A program made the position numbers and the translations under genes. 53,727 nt of DNA from positions 1 through 53,727 of the forward strand of contig JBIOXB010000004.1 of NCBI GenBank assembly GCA_044869275.1, written 5' to 3'. Below, one piece after another: positions 9,457 through 19,719 of the stretch. Within the stretch, counting starts at the first letter, position 1, and every line of letters starts with the position of its first letter. This stretch comes from a bacterium. GTDB taxonomy: Bacteria > Zhuqueibacterota > Zhuqueibacteria > Zhuqueibacterales > Zhuqueibacteraceae. The notes beneath the pieces are model-generated. The model saw only the letters and a list, made by a program, of their open reading frames with translations, did not search any database and was not told where the DNA came from.

Positions 9457-10215
9457 ATGGACTTTGTCCTCGAAGTTTCCAATTTGAAAAAACGTTACGG
9501 TGACCTGGCGGCTGTCGACGGCGTGAGCTTTGGCGTCGCCCGCGGTGAAATCTTCGGTATTCTCGGGCCTAACGGCGCCGGCAAAACCACCACGCTCGAA
9601 ATGATTGAGACGCTGCGCCCGATTGATTCCGGCCAAGTTCTTCTGGACGGACTCGATGTGCAGAAGGCGCCGCAAAACGTGAAAAGGCTGATCGGCGTAC
9701 AACTGCAAGCGTCCGCGTTTTTCGACAAGCTTACGCTTAGGGAATTGTTACTCCTCTTCGGTGAAATGTACGGCCGTCAGGTTGAGGCACTGGCGCTGCT
9801 GGATGAAGTAGAGCTGCGGGATAAAGCCAAATCGTATGTGGCGCAGCTCTCGGGTGGACAGAAGCAGCGTTTCTCCATCGCCGCGGCGCTCGTCAACGAT
9901 CCGGTCATTCTCTTCCTAGACGAGCCCACAACTGGTTTGGACCCACAGGCACGCCGCCATCTCTGGGGCGTCATCCGGCGCATTCGCTCGGAGGGCAAGA
10001 CCATCGTCATCACGACGCATTACATGGAAGAAGCGGAAGAGCTGTGCGATCGCGTGGCGATTATGGATTCCGGCAAGATCATCGCTGACGCGCCGCCGCA
10101 AGAATTGATCCGGCAATTGCTCGCCAAAGGTTTCAAGAAAGAGCGCGTCGAACGCCTGGCCAATTTGGAAGATGTGTTTTTGGATTTGACAGGACACTCA
10201 TTGCGAGAAGAGTAA
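9457..10215 (+). CDS. ABC-2 type exporter ATP-binding protein
   Basis: Walker A GPNGAGKTT, LSGGQ signature, LFLDEPTTGLDP, TTHYMEEAE. Confidence 0.95.
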   Translation: MDFVLEVSNLKKRYGDLAAVDGVSFGVARGEIFGILGPNGAGKTTTLEMIETLRPIDSGQVLLDGLDVQKAPQNVKRLIGVQLQASAFFDKLTLRELLLLFGEMYGRQVEALALLDEVELRDKAKSYVAQLSGGQKQRFSIAAALVNDPVILFLDEPTTGLDPQARRHLWGVIRRIRSEGKTIVITTHYMEEAEELCDRVAIMDSGKIIADAPPQELIRQLLAKGFKKERVERLANLEDVFLDLTGHSLREE

Positions 10216-11274
10216 ATGCGACTCAAGCTAAAATTGATGGCGGCGGCATTCAAGATGTTCATGCGACAGCGCGAGGCCATCATCTGGACCATGATCCTGC
10301 CGCTGTTCATGATTTTCTTATTTAGCTTCGTCAAGTTCGATGGGCTGGGGCACGTTGCCATCGGAATCGTCAACCATTCGCAGGATACAACGCTAGTCAA
10401 TTTACTGCGCCCGATTCAAGCCTTGCGAATTTCGGAAGGAGGCGAAGACGACGAACTCGCGCTGCTGAAAAAGGGGGATCGCGCCATGGTACTCGTTATT
10501 CCGGCTTCGTTTCAACCGCTCGGGCATGATGCGCTGGCTCTCTATCTTAACGCCGAGCGACCACAGGAAACCCAAGCAGGAGAATTGATTTTGCAACGTG
10601 CGCTGGATGAGCTGGTCTTCCGTCAAAATCGCCTCCCGCGCCATACCCTCCACACCGAGCTGGTCAACAGCCGCGGCCTCACGTACATCGATTTCTTGCT
10701 CCCCGGCATTTTGGCCATGTCCATCATGCAAAGCGGCGTTTTTGGCGTGGCCTTCGGTTTTGTGATGCTGAAAAAACGCGGCATCCTCCGCCGGCTGCTC
10801 GCGACGCCGATGAATACCAGCGATTTCATTTTTGCGCAAGTGAGCACGCGCCTGCTCATTTTGATGACGCAGGTGCTGATCATGGTTGGCGCTGGCGTCT
10901 TGTTCTTCCATCTGCACTTTATCGGCAGCATCTTCAACATGATCATCGTGGGCCTGCTCGGCGGCACCGTCTTTCTTTCGATCGGATTCGCGCTTTCGGG
11001 GATCTCGAAATCGGAGGATCAAGTTGCGCCGCTCGCCAACATTATTACCTTGCCGATGCTGATGCTCTCCGGCGTATTCTTCAGCCGCTCAAATCTCCCC
11101 GGTTTTGCACACGTCATCACAGATTTCTTTCCGCTTACTTATCTTGCCGATGGCCTGCGCAACATTGCCATCGAAGGTGCGACCTTGACCGAAGTGTTCC
11201 CTCAACTTCTCGGCCTTGCTGCTTGGTCTATCATCACTTTGTTCATCGCGATCAAAGCGTTTCGGTGGGAGTGA
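10216..11274 (+). CDS. ABC-2 type exporter permease
   Basis: YIDFLLPGILAMSI, GILRRLLATP, LSGVFF, FPLTYL motifs; abuts the ATPase gene. Confidence 0.92.
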   Translation: MRLKLKLMAAAFKMFMRQREAIIWTMILPLFMIFLFSFVKFDGLGHVAIGIVNHSQDTTLVNLLRPIQALRISEGGEDDELALLKKGDRAMVLVIPASFQPLGHDALALYLNAERPQETQAGELILQRALDELVFRQNRLPRHTLHTELVNSRGLTYIDFLLPGILAMSIMQSGVFGVAFGFVMLKKRGILRRLLATPMNTSDFIFAQVSTRLLILMTQVLIMVGAGVLFFHLHFIGSIFNMIIVGLLGGTVFLSIGFALSGISKSEDQVAPLANIITLPMLMLSGVFFSRSNLPGFAHVITDFFPLTYLADGLRNIAIEGATLTEVFPQLLGLAAWSIITLFIAIKAFRWE

Positions 11275-11284
11275 TGAATTCGTG

Positions 11285-13069
11285 ATGAAAAAACTATTGA
11301 AAGTTTTGGGATATACCACGTTAACGTTGATCGCACTACTCCTCATCGGTATCGTCTGGTTCTATTTCGCCCGTACCGGCGCTGAAAAAAAAGCAATGGC
11401 CAAAGCAATACCGCCGCCGCCGGTTTTGAATGTGGGTGATCATGCTTTCCGCGATTTAAACCGAACCGGCGCTTTGGATATTTACGAGGATTCTCGCCAA
11501 CTGGTGCAGGCGCGCGTGGAAGATTTGCTGCGGCAAATTACCCTTCCGGAGAAAGCCGGGTTGATGATGCATACCTTTATTGCTTTCAATATCAATGAGC
11601 AAGGCGATTTGCCTGATCCGCTCAATCCCATGACTTCGCTTTCACCCGCCGCGGCTCTTTATGAGAAGCACATGAATTTCTTTAATCTCTTTATGGTGGC
11701 CAATCCCACCGCCAGCGCGCGTTTTACCAACAAAATGCAGCGCTTGGCGGAGCGCACGCGCTTGGGCATTCCGATCACGTTCAGCACCGATCCCCGGCAC
11801 GGCGCCATGCAACTAAATAGCGTCACCCTCACCTACATGCCGGGTGTGTCGCATTGGTGCGAGCCGGTCGGATTTTGGCGCGATGGGCGATTCGGCCTCG
11901 GTTGAGAATTTCGGGCGCATCGTTGCCAAAGAATATCGCGCCATGGGCATTCACACGGCTTTGCATCCCATGGCGGATTTGGCAAAGATCAGATTTATCC
12001 CGGCAACAACTTGAATTATCATCTCATTCCTTTCCGGGCCGCGCTGAAAGCCGGCACGGCGCAGATCATGCCTTATTATGGTGTGCCGATTGGCCTAAAA
12101 GGCGTAGAAGAAGTCGGCTTCGGATTCAACAAACACCTCATCGGAGATTTGCTGCAGGACCGCCTCGGCTATCAAGGCATTGTGTGCAGTGATTGGGGCT
12201 TGATTACCACGGTTAAAATGTTCGGGCAAACCATTATCGAAGCCAAAGACTACGGCGTGGAAAACCTTGCGCCGGCGCAAAAAATCAAAAAAGCTTTGGA
12301 GGCAGGCCTCGATCAGTTTGGCGGCGAAAGTGTGCCGGAGCTGGTCGTGCAATTGGTTGAAAGCGGTGAAATTCCGGAAGCGAGAATTGACCGATCGGTG
12401 CGCAAATTGCTGAAGCTGAAATTTCAACTCGGGCTTTTCGAAAATCCCTTCGTGGATGAACAAAAAGCAGCCGGGATTTGCGGCGATATTGCTCATGCGG
12501 ATTCAGGATATCAATCGCAATTGCGATCGCAGGTGTTATTGAAAAATGCGGCATTGCAGGGCAACCCTTTGTTGCCCCTGGTTCGCGGAACCAAAATTTT
12601 CGTCCACGGTTTTGACGCCAATGTCGCTGGGAAGTTCGGACAAATTGTCGATAGCCTGCATAAAGCCGAGGTTGCCGTCGTGCGCGTCCACGCGCCTTTC
12701 GAGCCGAAAGAAGGATTTCTTGAAAAATTTTTCCACCAAGGCCGGATCAATTTCACTGCGCAAGAATTGCAGCCCCTGCTCGCGATGATGCAGGCGAAAC
12801 CCACAGTCGTGAGCATTTTTCTCGAACGAGGTGTAGTGCTGACTGAAATCAATGAAGCAGCCGCCGCGATTGTGGCAAATTTCGGGGCAAGCGATCAAGC
12901 TATTTTCGATGTGATCTTCGGAGAATTCAATCCCGTTGGAAAATTGCCCATCGAGCTGCCGCACTCGCCGGACGCCGTGGAACGCCAGCTCGAAGACGTG
13001 CCGCACGATTCGGAGAAGCCGTTGTTTCCGTATGGATTCGGGCTGAGTTACACGCGCCAGTCAAGATGA
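11285..13069 (+). pseudogene. Glycoside hydrolase family 3 beta-glucosidase, frameshifted and internally deleted
   Basis: GH3 motifs lie in three frames: RTRLGIPITFSTDPRH, AKEYRAMGIHTALHPMADLA, IMPYYG...VCSDW...PLFPYGFGLSY. Extra T in the run at 11873-11876; deletion junction at 11980-11984 removes the expected EPRW..R/KHFPG segment. Confidence 0.85.
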
Positions 13070-13139
13070 AAATAAGAACAGGCTAGGATTTCGGGCTATC
13101 TGAAATTTAAAGCAATTTGATGCTTGCGGAGATGCGCGT

Positions 13140-15902
13140 ATGAAAAACCAGCTTCCGATCATTCATGGCGTCATGCTCATTTCAATATTCTCATCACATG
13201 CTATGGCGCCCATGGCACAGAACGTTCCATCCCTCAAGCTCGAAAACCTCCGCGTCGAAAACCAAGCCAATCCTGTCGGTATCGATGAGCGGCAGCCGCG
13301 CTTGAGTTGGCAAATCGTTTCCTCCCAGCGTGGTGTGAGGCAAAAGGCCTATCAGATTCGTGCGGCCGAAACGAGCGCAGCTCTTGGACAAGATCGCCGT
13401 CTCATTTGGGATACGGGCAAGATCGCCTCGGAGCAGTCGGTTCATGTTGTCTATCATGGGCCAGCGCTGCAATCTCGACAACGCCTCTATTGGCAAGTGC
13501 GCGTGTGGGATCTCAATGATAACCCCTCGGCGTGGAGCGCAGCCGCTTATTGGGAAATGGGATTGCTGCAACCCTCGGATTGGCAGGCCGCGTGGATTCG
13601 AGCCGACATGACGGAAGACCTCACGAAATCACAACCCTGTCCGCTGCTCAGAAAGGAATTCACCATTCAAGGCGCAGTCAAATCCGCACGGGCCTATGTG
13701 ACGTGCCTGGGCTTGTACGAGATGGAATTGAATGGTCACCGTGTTGGCGATCAAGTTTTCACGCCAGGCTGGACCAGCTATGGCAAACGGCTGCAATATC
13801 AAACTTATGAGGTCACGCAGCAACTGCGGCCCGGAAGAAACGCCATTGGCGTGATTCTGGGAGACGGCTGGTATCGCGGCCACTTAACCTGGGACATGCG
13901 CAGAAATTTCTATGGCGACAAACTGGCATTGCTGCTTCAGCTTCACGTGGATTATGAAAATGGCAGCACACAAATCATCACCACCGACGAAACCTGGAAA
14001 GCGGCCACCGGCCCGATTCTGAGCTCGGATATCTACAATGGTGAAATTTATGATGCGCGCCTGGAAAAGCAAGGATGGAGCGCGCCGAATTTCAATGACA
14101 CCGAATGGTCGGGCGTGAAGGTCATCGAGCACAGCAAAACCATTCTCATTGCGCCTGCCGGTCCGCCAGTGAAAAAAATCCAGGAGATCAAGCCCGTCGC
14201 TATCATTAAAACGCCTGCAGGTGAAACCGTCTTTGACATGGGCCAGAATATGGTCGGCTGGGTGCGCCTCAAAGTTCAGGGCAAAGCCGGCGCGACAGCG
14301 ACCATGCGCCACACCGAAGTTTTAAACAAAGAGGGAAATTTCTACCGCGATAATCTCAGAAAGGCCGAACAAAAAATCCAATATACTTTGAAAGGAAACG
14401 GCCCCGAGGTCTATGAGCCGCACTTCACGTTTCAGGGCTTCCGTTACGTGAGCGTTGAGGGTTTTCCCGGGGAGCCGGCATTGGAAAATCTGACCGGCAT
14501 CGTGATTCACTCGGATATGACGCCGACCGGCAGCTTTGAGTGTTCACATCCGCTGATCAATCAATTGCAACACAACATTCAATGGGGGCAAAAGGGCAAC
14601 TTTCTCGACGTGCCCACCGACTGCCCGCAACGCGATGAACGCATGGGCTGGACTGGCGATGCGCAAGTATTTTCACGCACGGCTGCTTTCAACATGAATG
14701 TCAATAACTTCTTTGCCAAATGGTTGCGGGATGTGGCAGCGGATCAACAACCCGATGGCAGTGTGCCATTTGTTGTTCCTAATGTCCTGGCACCGACGGC
14801 AGGAGGAGCAACCGGCTGGGCAGATGTGGCCACCATTATTCCCTGGAACCTGTATTTGGCTTATGGCGACAAACGAATTTTAGAGCACCAATATGCCAGC
14901 ATGAAAGCTTGGGTCGGTTACATGCAGCAAAACAGCACGGATTATCTATGGAACAAAGGGTTTCATTTCGGTGACTGGCTTTTTTATCGCCCGGATGACG
15001 ACAACGACGGCAGAGGCGCAGTTACCAACAAGTATTTAATTGCCCAATGCTTTTTTGCTCATTCTACGCAATTGGTCATGGATGCCGCGAAGGTATTGGG
15101 TAAAGAAGATGATACTGCCAAATACGCCGCGCTTTTGCAAAATATCAAAGAGGCCTTTTTAAAAGAATATGTCACGCCCAATGGACAGCTTGTTTCAGGC
15201 ACCCAAACGGCTTATGTGTTGGCTTTGAATTTTGACATGCTTCCGGATGCGCTCCGGCAACAAGCGGCGGAGCGGTTAGTGCAAAACATCAAAGGCTACA
15301 ACAATCATCTCACGACCGGCTTTCTCGGCACGCCGTATTTATGCCACGTGCTGATGCGTTTCGGTTATGCCGACGTAGCTTATGCTTTACTCCTGCAGGA
15401 AACTTATCCCTCCTGGCTCTATCCGGTAAAGATGGGCGCGACGACGATTTGGGAACGTTGGGATGGCATCAAACCGGACAGCACTTTTCAAACGCCCGGG
15501 ATGAATTCTTTCAACCACTATGCTTATGGCGCTATCGGCGATTGGATGTACCGCGCCATCGCCGGCATCGACACCGATGAATCCGGCCCGGGATACAAGC
15601 AGATCAAGATCAAACCACATATTGGCGGGAATCTGACCTTTGCCCGCGCCGATTTGCAGACGTATTATGGCAAAGTTAGCTCGCATTGGAAATCACAGAA
15701 TGGCAAGCTGCAGTTAGCTATTGAAATACCGCCCAACACGAGCGCCACTGTTTACCTTCCTGCTCCTGATGTTGCATCAGTCCAAGAAAGCGGCCGGGCT
15801 CTTTCCTCGGCAAACGATCTTGAAGCAAAAGGCAAAGAAGGCGACTACGTGGTCGTGGAGGTGGGTTCCGGAAGCTATCATTTCACTTGGGAAAAACCGT
15901 GA
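13140..15902 (+). CDS. Alpha-L-rhamnosidase, glycoside hydrolase family 78
   Basis: PTDCPQRDERMGWTGDAQ, GATTIWERW, MNSFNHYAYGA motifs; signal peptide. Confidence 0.93.
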   Translation: MKNQLPIIHGVMLISIFSSHAMAPMAQNVPSLKLENLRVENQANPVGIDERQPRLSWQIVSSQRGVRQKAYQIRAAETSAALGQDRRLIWDTGKIASEQSVHVVYHGPALQSRQRLYWQVRVWDLNDNPSAWSAAAYWEMGLLQPSDWQAAWIRADMTEDLTKSQPCPLLRKEFTIQGAVKSARAYVTCLGLYEMELNGHRVGDQVFTPGWTSYGKRLQYQTYEVTQQLRPGRNAIGVILGDGWYRGHLTWDMRRNFYGDKLALLLQLHVDYENGSTQIITTDETWKAATGPILSSDIYNGEIYDARLEKQGWSAPNFNDTEWSGVKVIEHSKTILIAPAGPPVKKIQEIKPVAIIKTPAGETVFDMGQNMVGWVRLKVQGKAGATATMRHTEVLNKEGNFYRDNLRKAEQKIQYTLKGNGPEVYEPHFTFQGFRYVSVEGFPGEPALENLTGIVIHSDMTPTGSFECSHPLINQLQHNIQWGQKGNFLDVPTDCPQRDERMGWTGDAQVFSRTAAFNMNVNNFFAKWLRDVAADQQPDGSVPFVVPNVLAPTAGGATGWADVATIIPWNLYLAYGDKRILEHQYASMKAWVGYMQQNSTDYLWNKGFHFGDWLFYRPDDDNDGRGAVTNKYLIAQCFFAHSTQLVMDAAKVLGKEDDTAKYAALLQNIKEAFLKEYVTPNGQLVSGTQTAYVLALNFDMLPDALRQQAAERLVQNIKGYNNHLTTGFLGTPYLCHVLMRFGYADVAYALLLQETYPSWLYPVKMGATTIWERWDGIKPDSTFQTPGMNSFNHYAYGAIGDWMYRAIAGIDTDESGPGYKQIKIKPHIGGNLTFARADLQTYYGKVSSHWKSQNGKLQLAIEIPPNTSATVYLPAPDVASVQESGRALSSANDLEAKGKEGDYVVVEVGSGSYHFTWEKP

Positions 15903-15920
15903 CGCAACATTCATGTTGCG
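15899..15920. repeat. Dispersed REP copy
   Basis: GTGACGCAACATTCATGTTGCG overlapping the GH78 stop codon. Confidence 0.8.
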
Positions 15921-16095
15921 CTGTAGCCAATAAAGGCAAAACGATTATGGGCAAAACTATTAGAAAAGCCTTTCATGGCAAGATAATCGTTTTAAAAATA
16001 TTGAATTATTTTGTCTCTAAATTGTTTTGCCTGATGCTTTTGCTTCTCATCCGTTGCGTTGTTTCTATCTGTTGGGCTTAATGCTTAAATCTTAT

Positions 16096-17508
16096 ATGGC
16101 AGCTATCCCAAAATCAGCATTAACGAAAAAACTCGATACAGTCAACGAATTCGAGCGAACGCCGATTCCCGAGAATAAGTTGAAAGGCGCGGCCAGCTTT
16201 TGGGGCATGTACGCCGGAGAGCATATTGCCGGAACCGAGTTTGTTATCGGGCCGTTATTCGTTGCTCATGGTGTCAGTGCCGGAGATCTGGTTTCCGGTC
16301 TGTTGGTGGGGAATCTTTTGGCAGTGCTAAGCTGGGCCTTCATCTGCGCGCCCATCGCGACCAAAAGTCGCATCACCCTCTATTACCAATTGGAAAAAAT
16401 TTGCGGCACGCGGCTGACTTTGATTTACAACCTGGTGAATGCCCTGATGTTCTGCTTCTTAGCGGGCTCGATGATCGCCGTTTCCGCCACGGCCGTAGGC
16501 ATCCCATTCAAAATGGCCATGCCGTCATTAAACGATTTTTATCCCAACAGCATCGGTTGGATTGTCGCCGTGCTGGGCATCGGCGCTGCGACCACGATCG
16601 TCGCCATGTTCGGCTACGCGCAAGTGGCGCGTTTTGCCAACTATGCGGTGCCCTGGATGATTCTCATGTTTATTGCGGCGCCAATTGCCGTGCTGCCGAG
16701 TTTGGGTATCCATTCTTTCTCGGAATTCTGGCCGGTAGCGAATCAGAAAATTTGGACCGGTATTCCGCTGGCAGGTCAGAGCAAATTCACCTTCTGGCAT
16801 GTGATGTTCTTTGCCTGGTTTTGCAATCTCGCCATGCACATCGGCATGTCGGATTTGTCCATCCTGCGCTATGCGCGAAAATGGCATTACGGTTTCTCAA
16901 CTGCAATTGGCATGTTTGTTGGGCATTACCTCGCTTGGCTTGCCTCTGGTATACTTTACGCGCTCTTCTTGATGGAATCCAATCAGAGCATGGAATTTGC
17001 GCCCGGGCCTGTGGCTTACCGTGCCGCCGGGTTTGCGGGAGTGGTCTGCGTGATCGCTGCCGGATGGACCACTGCCAACCCGACGATTTACCGCGCCGGT
17101 CTGGCGTTGCAAGCCTTCATGCCTCGTTCCAAAACCTGGAAAGCGACCATGATCATCGGCATGATGACCACGCTGGCGGCATGCTTCCCGGCGCTGGTGA
17201 TGAAGCTGTTGGATTTTGTAGCGCTGTATGGATTGCTTTTGATGCCCATGGGTGCAATCATATTTGCCGATTTCTGGCTCCTGCCAAAATTTGGCTTGAA
17301 ACAAAACTATGCAGAATGGCAACAAATCGTTTTCAGTTGGCCAGCGGCTTTCACCTGGGGAGTTACTTTATTGATTTGTTTTCTGCTGCCGGTAGAACTA
17401 TTCTTTAAGGCCCTTCCCGGTTGGTTTATTGCCATTGGTTTATATACTTCACTAAGCTATGCTCAGCAAAGAGTGCAATCCCAAGAATTAGCTGGAGCAA
17501 AAATATGA
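16096..17508 (+). CDS. Purine-cytosine permease (NCS1-like) family transporter
   Basis: NEFERTP, YAGEHIAGTEFVIGPLF, AGWTTANPTIYRAGLA; many TM segments. Start could also be 16081. Confidence 0.75.
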   Translation: MAAIPKSALTKKLDTVNEFERTPIPENKLKGAASFWGMYAGEHIAGTEFVIGPLFVAHGVSAGDLVSGLLVGNLLAVLSWAFICAPIATKSRITLYYQLEKICGTRLTLIYNLVNALMFCFLAGSMIAVSATAVGIPFKMAMPSLNDFYPNSIGWIVAVLGIGAATTIVAMFGYAQVARFANYAVPWMILMFIAAPIAVLPSLGIHSFSEFWPVANQKIWTGIPLAGQSKFTFWHVMFFAWFCNLAMHIGMSDLSILRYARKWHYGFSTAIGMFVGHYLAWLASGILYALFLMESNQSMEFAPGPVAYRAAGFAGVVCVIAAGWTTANPTIYRAGLALQAFMPRSKTWKATMIIGMMTTLAACFPALVMKLLDFVALYGLLLMPMGAIIFADFWLLPKFGLKQNYAEWQQIVFSWPAAFTWGVTLLICFLLPVELFFKALPGWFIAIGLYTSLSYAQQRVQSQELAGAKI

Positions 17509-17511
17509 CTC

Positions 17512-17574
17512 ATTGACCGGTCGCTGCGACGACACAGATTTATGGCGAACAAACGATCTAAGCGACCGGTCAAT
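17512..17574. repeat. 14-bp perfect inverted repeat insert flanked by 23-bp direct repeats
   Basis: ATTGACCGGTCGCT (17512-17525) / AGCGACCGGTCAAT (17561-17574); flanked by AATTAGCTGGAGCAAAAATATGA (17486-17508) and AATTAGCTGGAGCACAGATATGA (17582-17604). Confidence 0.8.
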
Positions 17575-17600
17575 TACAAAAAATTAGCTGGAGCACAGAT

Positions 17601-17771
17601 ATGAGTGCGTTATTAAAACTGCTTTCGCTTATCGCTCTGGGATTAACCGTTATTCCGGCGTTCCTAATTTTTGCCCAAAGCATAACCTGGAATACTTATC
17701 TGACGACGATGACAGTTGGAACACTGCTGTGGTTTGTAACTGCGCCGCTTTGGATGAAGAAGGATTCGTAA
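17601..17771 (+). CDS. Small two-TM membrane protein (56 aa), below the ORF-track cutoff
   Basis: GGAG RBS; MSALLKLLSLIALGLTVIPAFLIFAQSITWNTYLTTMTVGTLLWFVTAPLWMKKDS; directly follows the permease. Confidence 0.75.
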   Translation: MSALLKLLSLIALGLTVIPAFLIFAQSITWNTYLTTMTVGTLLWFVTAPLWMKKDS

Positions 17772-17876
17772 CACGATTTTCAAGTCGAAACCTAAGCGAG
17801 TTGATCGGCAAGCACAAGAACGGGAAGTCTTCTATATATCAAAACCTTATTCAAGATAAGAGCATGGAGTGCACTC

Positions 17877-19604
17877 ATGTTTAATAATCGTAAGGCATTT
17901 CAATTTGCGATCATCTTACTGTTGCTTGTGGCTGGCTCAGCCTCGTTTGGCCAAACCCTGCAGCCCGGCCCTCAGGTGCTGACCTTCTTCTCTGACGTCG
18001 ACGACACGGAGCAACCGTATGGGTTGTATTTGCCCCAGAACTTCAACCCGGCCAAAAAGTATCCGCTCGTCATCATGCTGCACGGCGCCGGATCGAACCA
18101 CCGTCTAGCTCTGCGGCGCGTCTTCGGCAAGAGCAATCTGCCCGGAGAAACGGACGTGGAAGCAACGAGGTATTTTCCCAAATGGCGCGAGGTGAATTTC
18201 ATCGTCGCTTCGCCATATGCGCGCGGCACCATGGGTTACCAGGGTATTGCTGAAAAAGACGTGTATGATGTGCTCGCCGACGTCAAACGGCGTTTCTTGA
18301 TTGATGAGGATCGCGTCTATCTCACCGGTTTGTCGATGGGCGGCGGCGGCACGTTGTGGCTCGGTCTGAGTAGGCCAGACGTTTGGGCTGCGCTGGCTCC
18401 GGTGTGCCCGGCCCCACCCGACGGCACCTCGGAATTGGCTCCGAATGCGCTTAACTGTCCGGTGCATTTCTTTCATGGCGATGCGGACCCGGTCGTTCCC
18501 CCCGCCGGTGTGCGTGAGTGGGTCAAGCGTTTTGAGGATTTGGGGACCAAAGTCGGCTACACCGAATATCCGGGAGTCGGGCATAACAGTTGGGAGAATG
18601 CGTACAAGGACGAAGCGATCTTTGACTGGTTCAGTCAGTTCCGGCGCAACCGCTATCCCGATCAGGTGCGTTTTTCGACCAGCTGGTACAAGTACAGCAC
18701 TGCCTACTGGGTTCGTATCGATGCGCTGACGCCCGGAACGCTGGTCAGCATCGAGGCAAAGTTCGCTGCGGCCAATCGCATCGAGATTACCACCTCCAGG
18801 CTCGGCGCATTCACGCTAAATCTGGCGGGACATCCTAAATTCGCCGCGAAGCGTCCGGTTGAACTTAGCATTGACGGCAAGACGATCACGGCGCAGACGA
18901 CAAATTCGCTCTCGCTTTCCAAGCGTGATGGTGTTTGGGTGGCGGCAAAATATGAGGCTGCTGCGCATGCGAAGCGGCTGGCGGCGGAAGGCCCCATCAG
19001 CGAAGTCATCGCCGGCCGGCACGTTTATGTTTACGGCACCGCCGACAATCCCTCCTTTGAAGAATTGCAGTCCCGGCGTGAACAAGCCGACCAAGCGGCA
19101 AACTGGTCCGTGGATCGTGGCCCTTTCCTCCGCCGCGTGATGGTGTTCCCGCGTGTGTTAGCCGACAAAGACATAAGGCCGAGCGATCTCGAAACTTCGA
19201 ACTTAATCCTGTTTGGCACGCAACAGACCAACAGCCTCATCGCAAAGTTCAGCGCACAGCTGCCCATGCACTTCAACGCCGCCGCTGCCGGTTACGGGTT
19301 GGTCTACGTATTCCCCGTGGGAGAGCATTATGTTCTAATCAGCTCGGGACTGCCCTGGTGGTCGGTTGGTGAGTCCGGGCGCAGTTCCAATGCTCCCACT
19401 CGTCGCGGTTTTCGTCCTGTGTACGGCCCGCCCGGCTTGCTCATGGATTTTCAAGATTATCATCTCTTCAAGGGATCGGCGGACAGTATGATCGTTGCAG
19501 GCCGCTTCGATGACAACTGGCGCGTGCCCGAATCCGACGCCGAAAAAATGCGCCCTACAGGCGCCGTAACCATTACACCTGTAGCAATGAAACCGGCAAA
19601 TTGA
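17877..19604 (+). CDS. Secreted alpha/beta-hydrolase (esterase/phospholipase-like)
   Basis: YPLVIMLHGAG, GLSMGG nucleophile elbow, FHGDAD, GHNSW triad motifs; signal peptide. Confidence 0.8.
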   Translation: MFNNRKAFQFAIILLLLVAGSASFGQTLQPGPQVLTFFSDVDDTEQPYGLYLPQNFNPAKKYPLVIMLHGAGSNHRLALRRVFGKSNLPGETDVEATRYFPKWREVNFIVASPYARGTMGYQGIAEKDVYDVLADVKRRFLIDEDRVYLTGLSMGGGGTLWLGLSRPDVWAALAPVCPAPPDGTSELAPNALNCPVHFFHGDADPVVPPAGVREWVKRFEDLGTKVGYTEYPGVGHNSWENAYKDEAIFDWFSQFRRNRYPDQVRFSTSWYKYSTAYWVRIDALTPGTLVSIEAKFAAANRIEITTSRLGAFTLNLAGHPKFAAKRPVELSIDGKTITAQTTNSLSLSKRDGVWVAAKYEAAAHAKRLAAEGPISEVIAGRHVYVYGTADNPSFEELQSRREQADQAANWSVDRGPFLRRVMVFPRVLADKDIRPSDLETSNLILFGTQQTNSLIAKFSAQLPMHFNAAAAGYGLVYVFPVGEHYVLISSGLPWWSVGESGRSSNAPTRRGFRPVYGPPGLLMDFQDYHLFKGSADSMIVAGRFDDNWRVPESDAEKMRPTGAVTITPVAMKPAN

Positions 19605-19612
19605 AGCACGAA

Positions 19613-19634
19613 GTAACGCATCATTCATGATGCG
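19613..19634. repeat. Dispersed REP copy with compensatory base pair change
   Basis: GTAACGCATCATTCATGATGCG, just after the esterase stop. Confidence 0.8.
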
Positions 19635-19719
19635 CACCTCATCCATGGTGCGAATGCGAATTGCCAGTTGACAAACCAGGAGAGCTAAAACAATAAGAAG
19701 CAACCAGGAGAATCACACT

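Noticed and set aside
11873..11876. Programmed frameshift in the GH3 gene
   Set aside because: Only a T4 run with no slippery heptamer, and a second lesion deletes active-site motifs.
16200..17408. 402-aa alternative-frame ORF
   Set aside because: Lies wholly inside the permease gene with Arg/Cys-rich shadow composition and no motifs.
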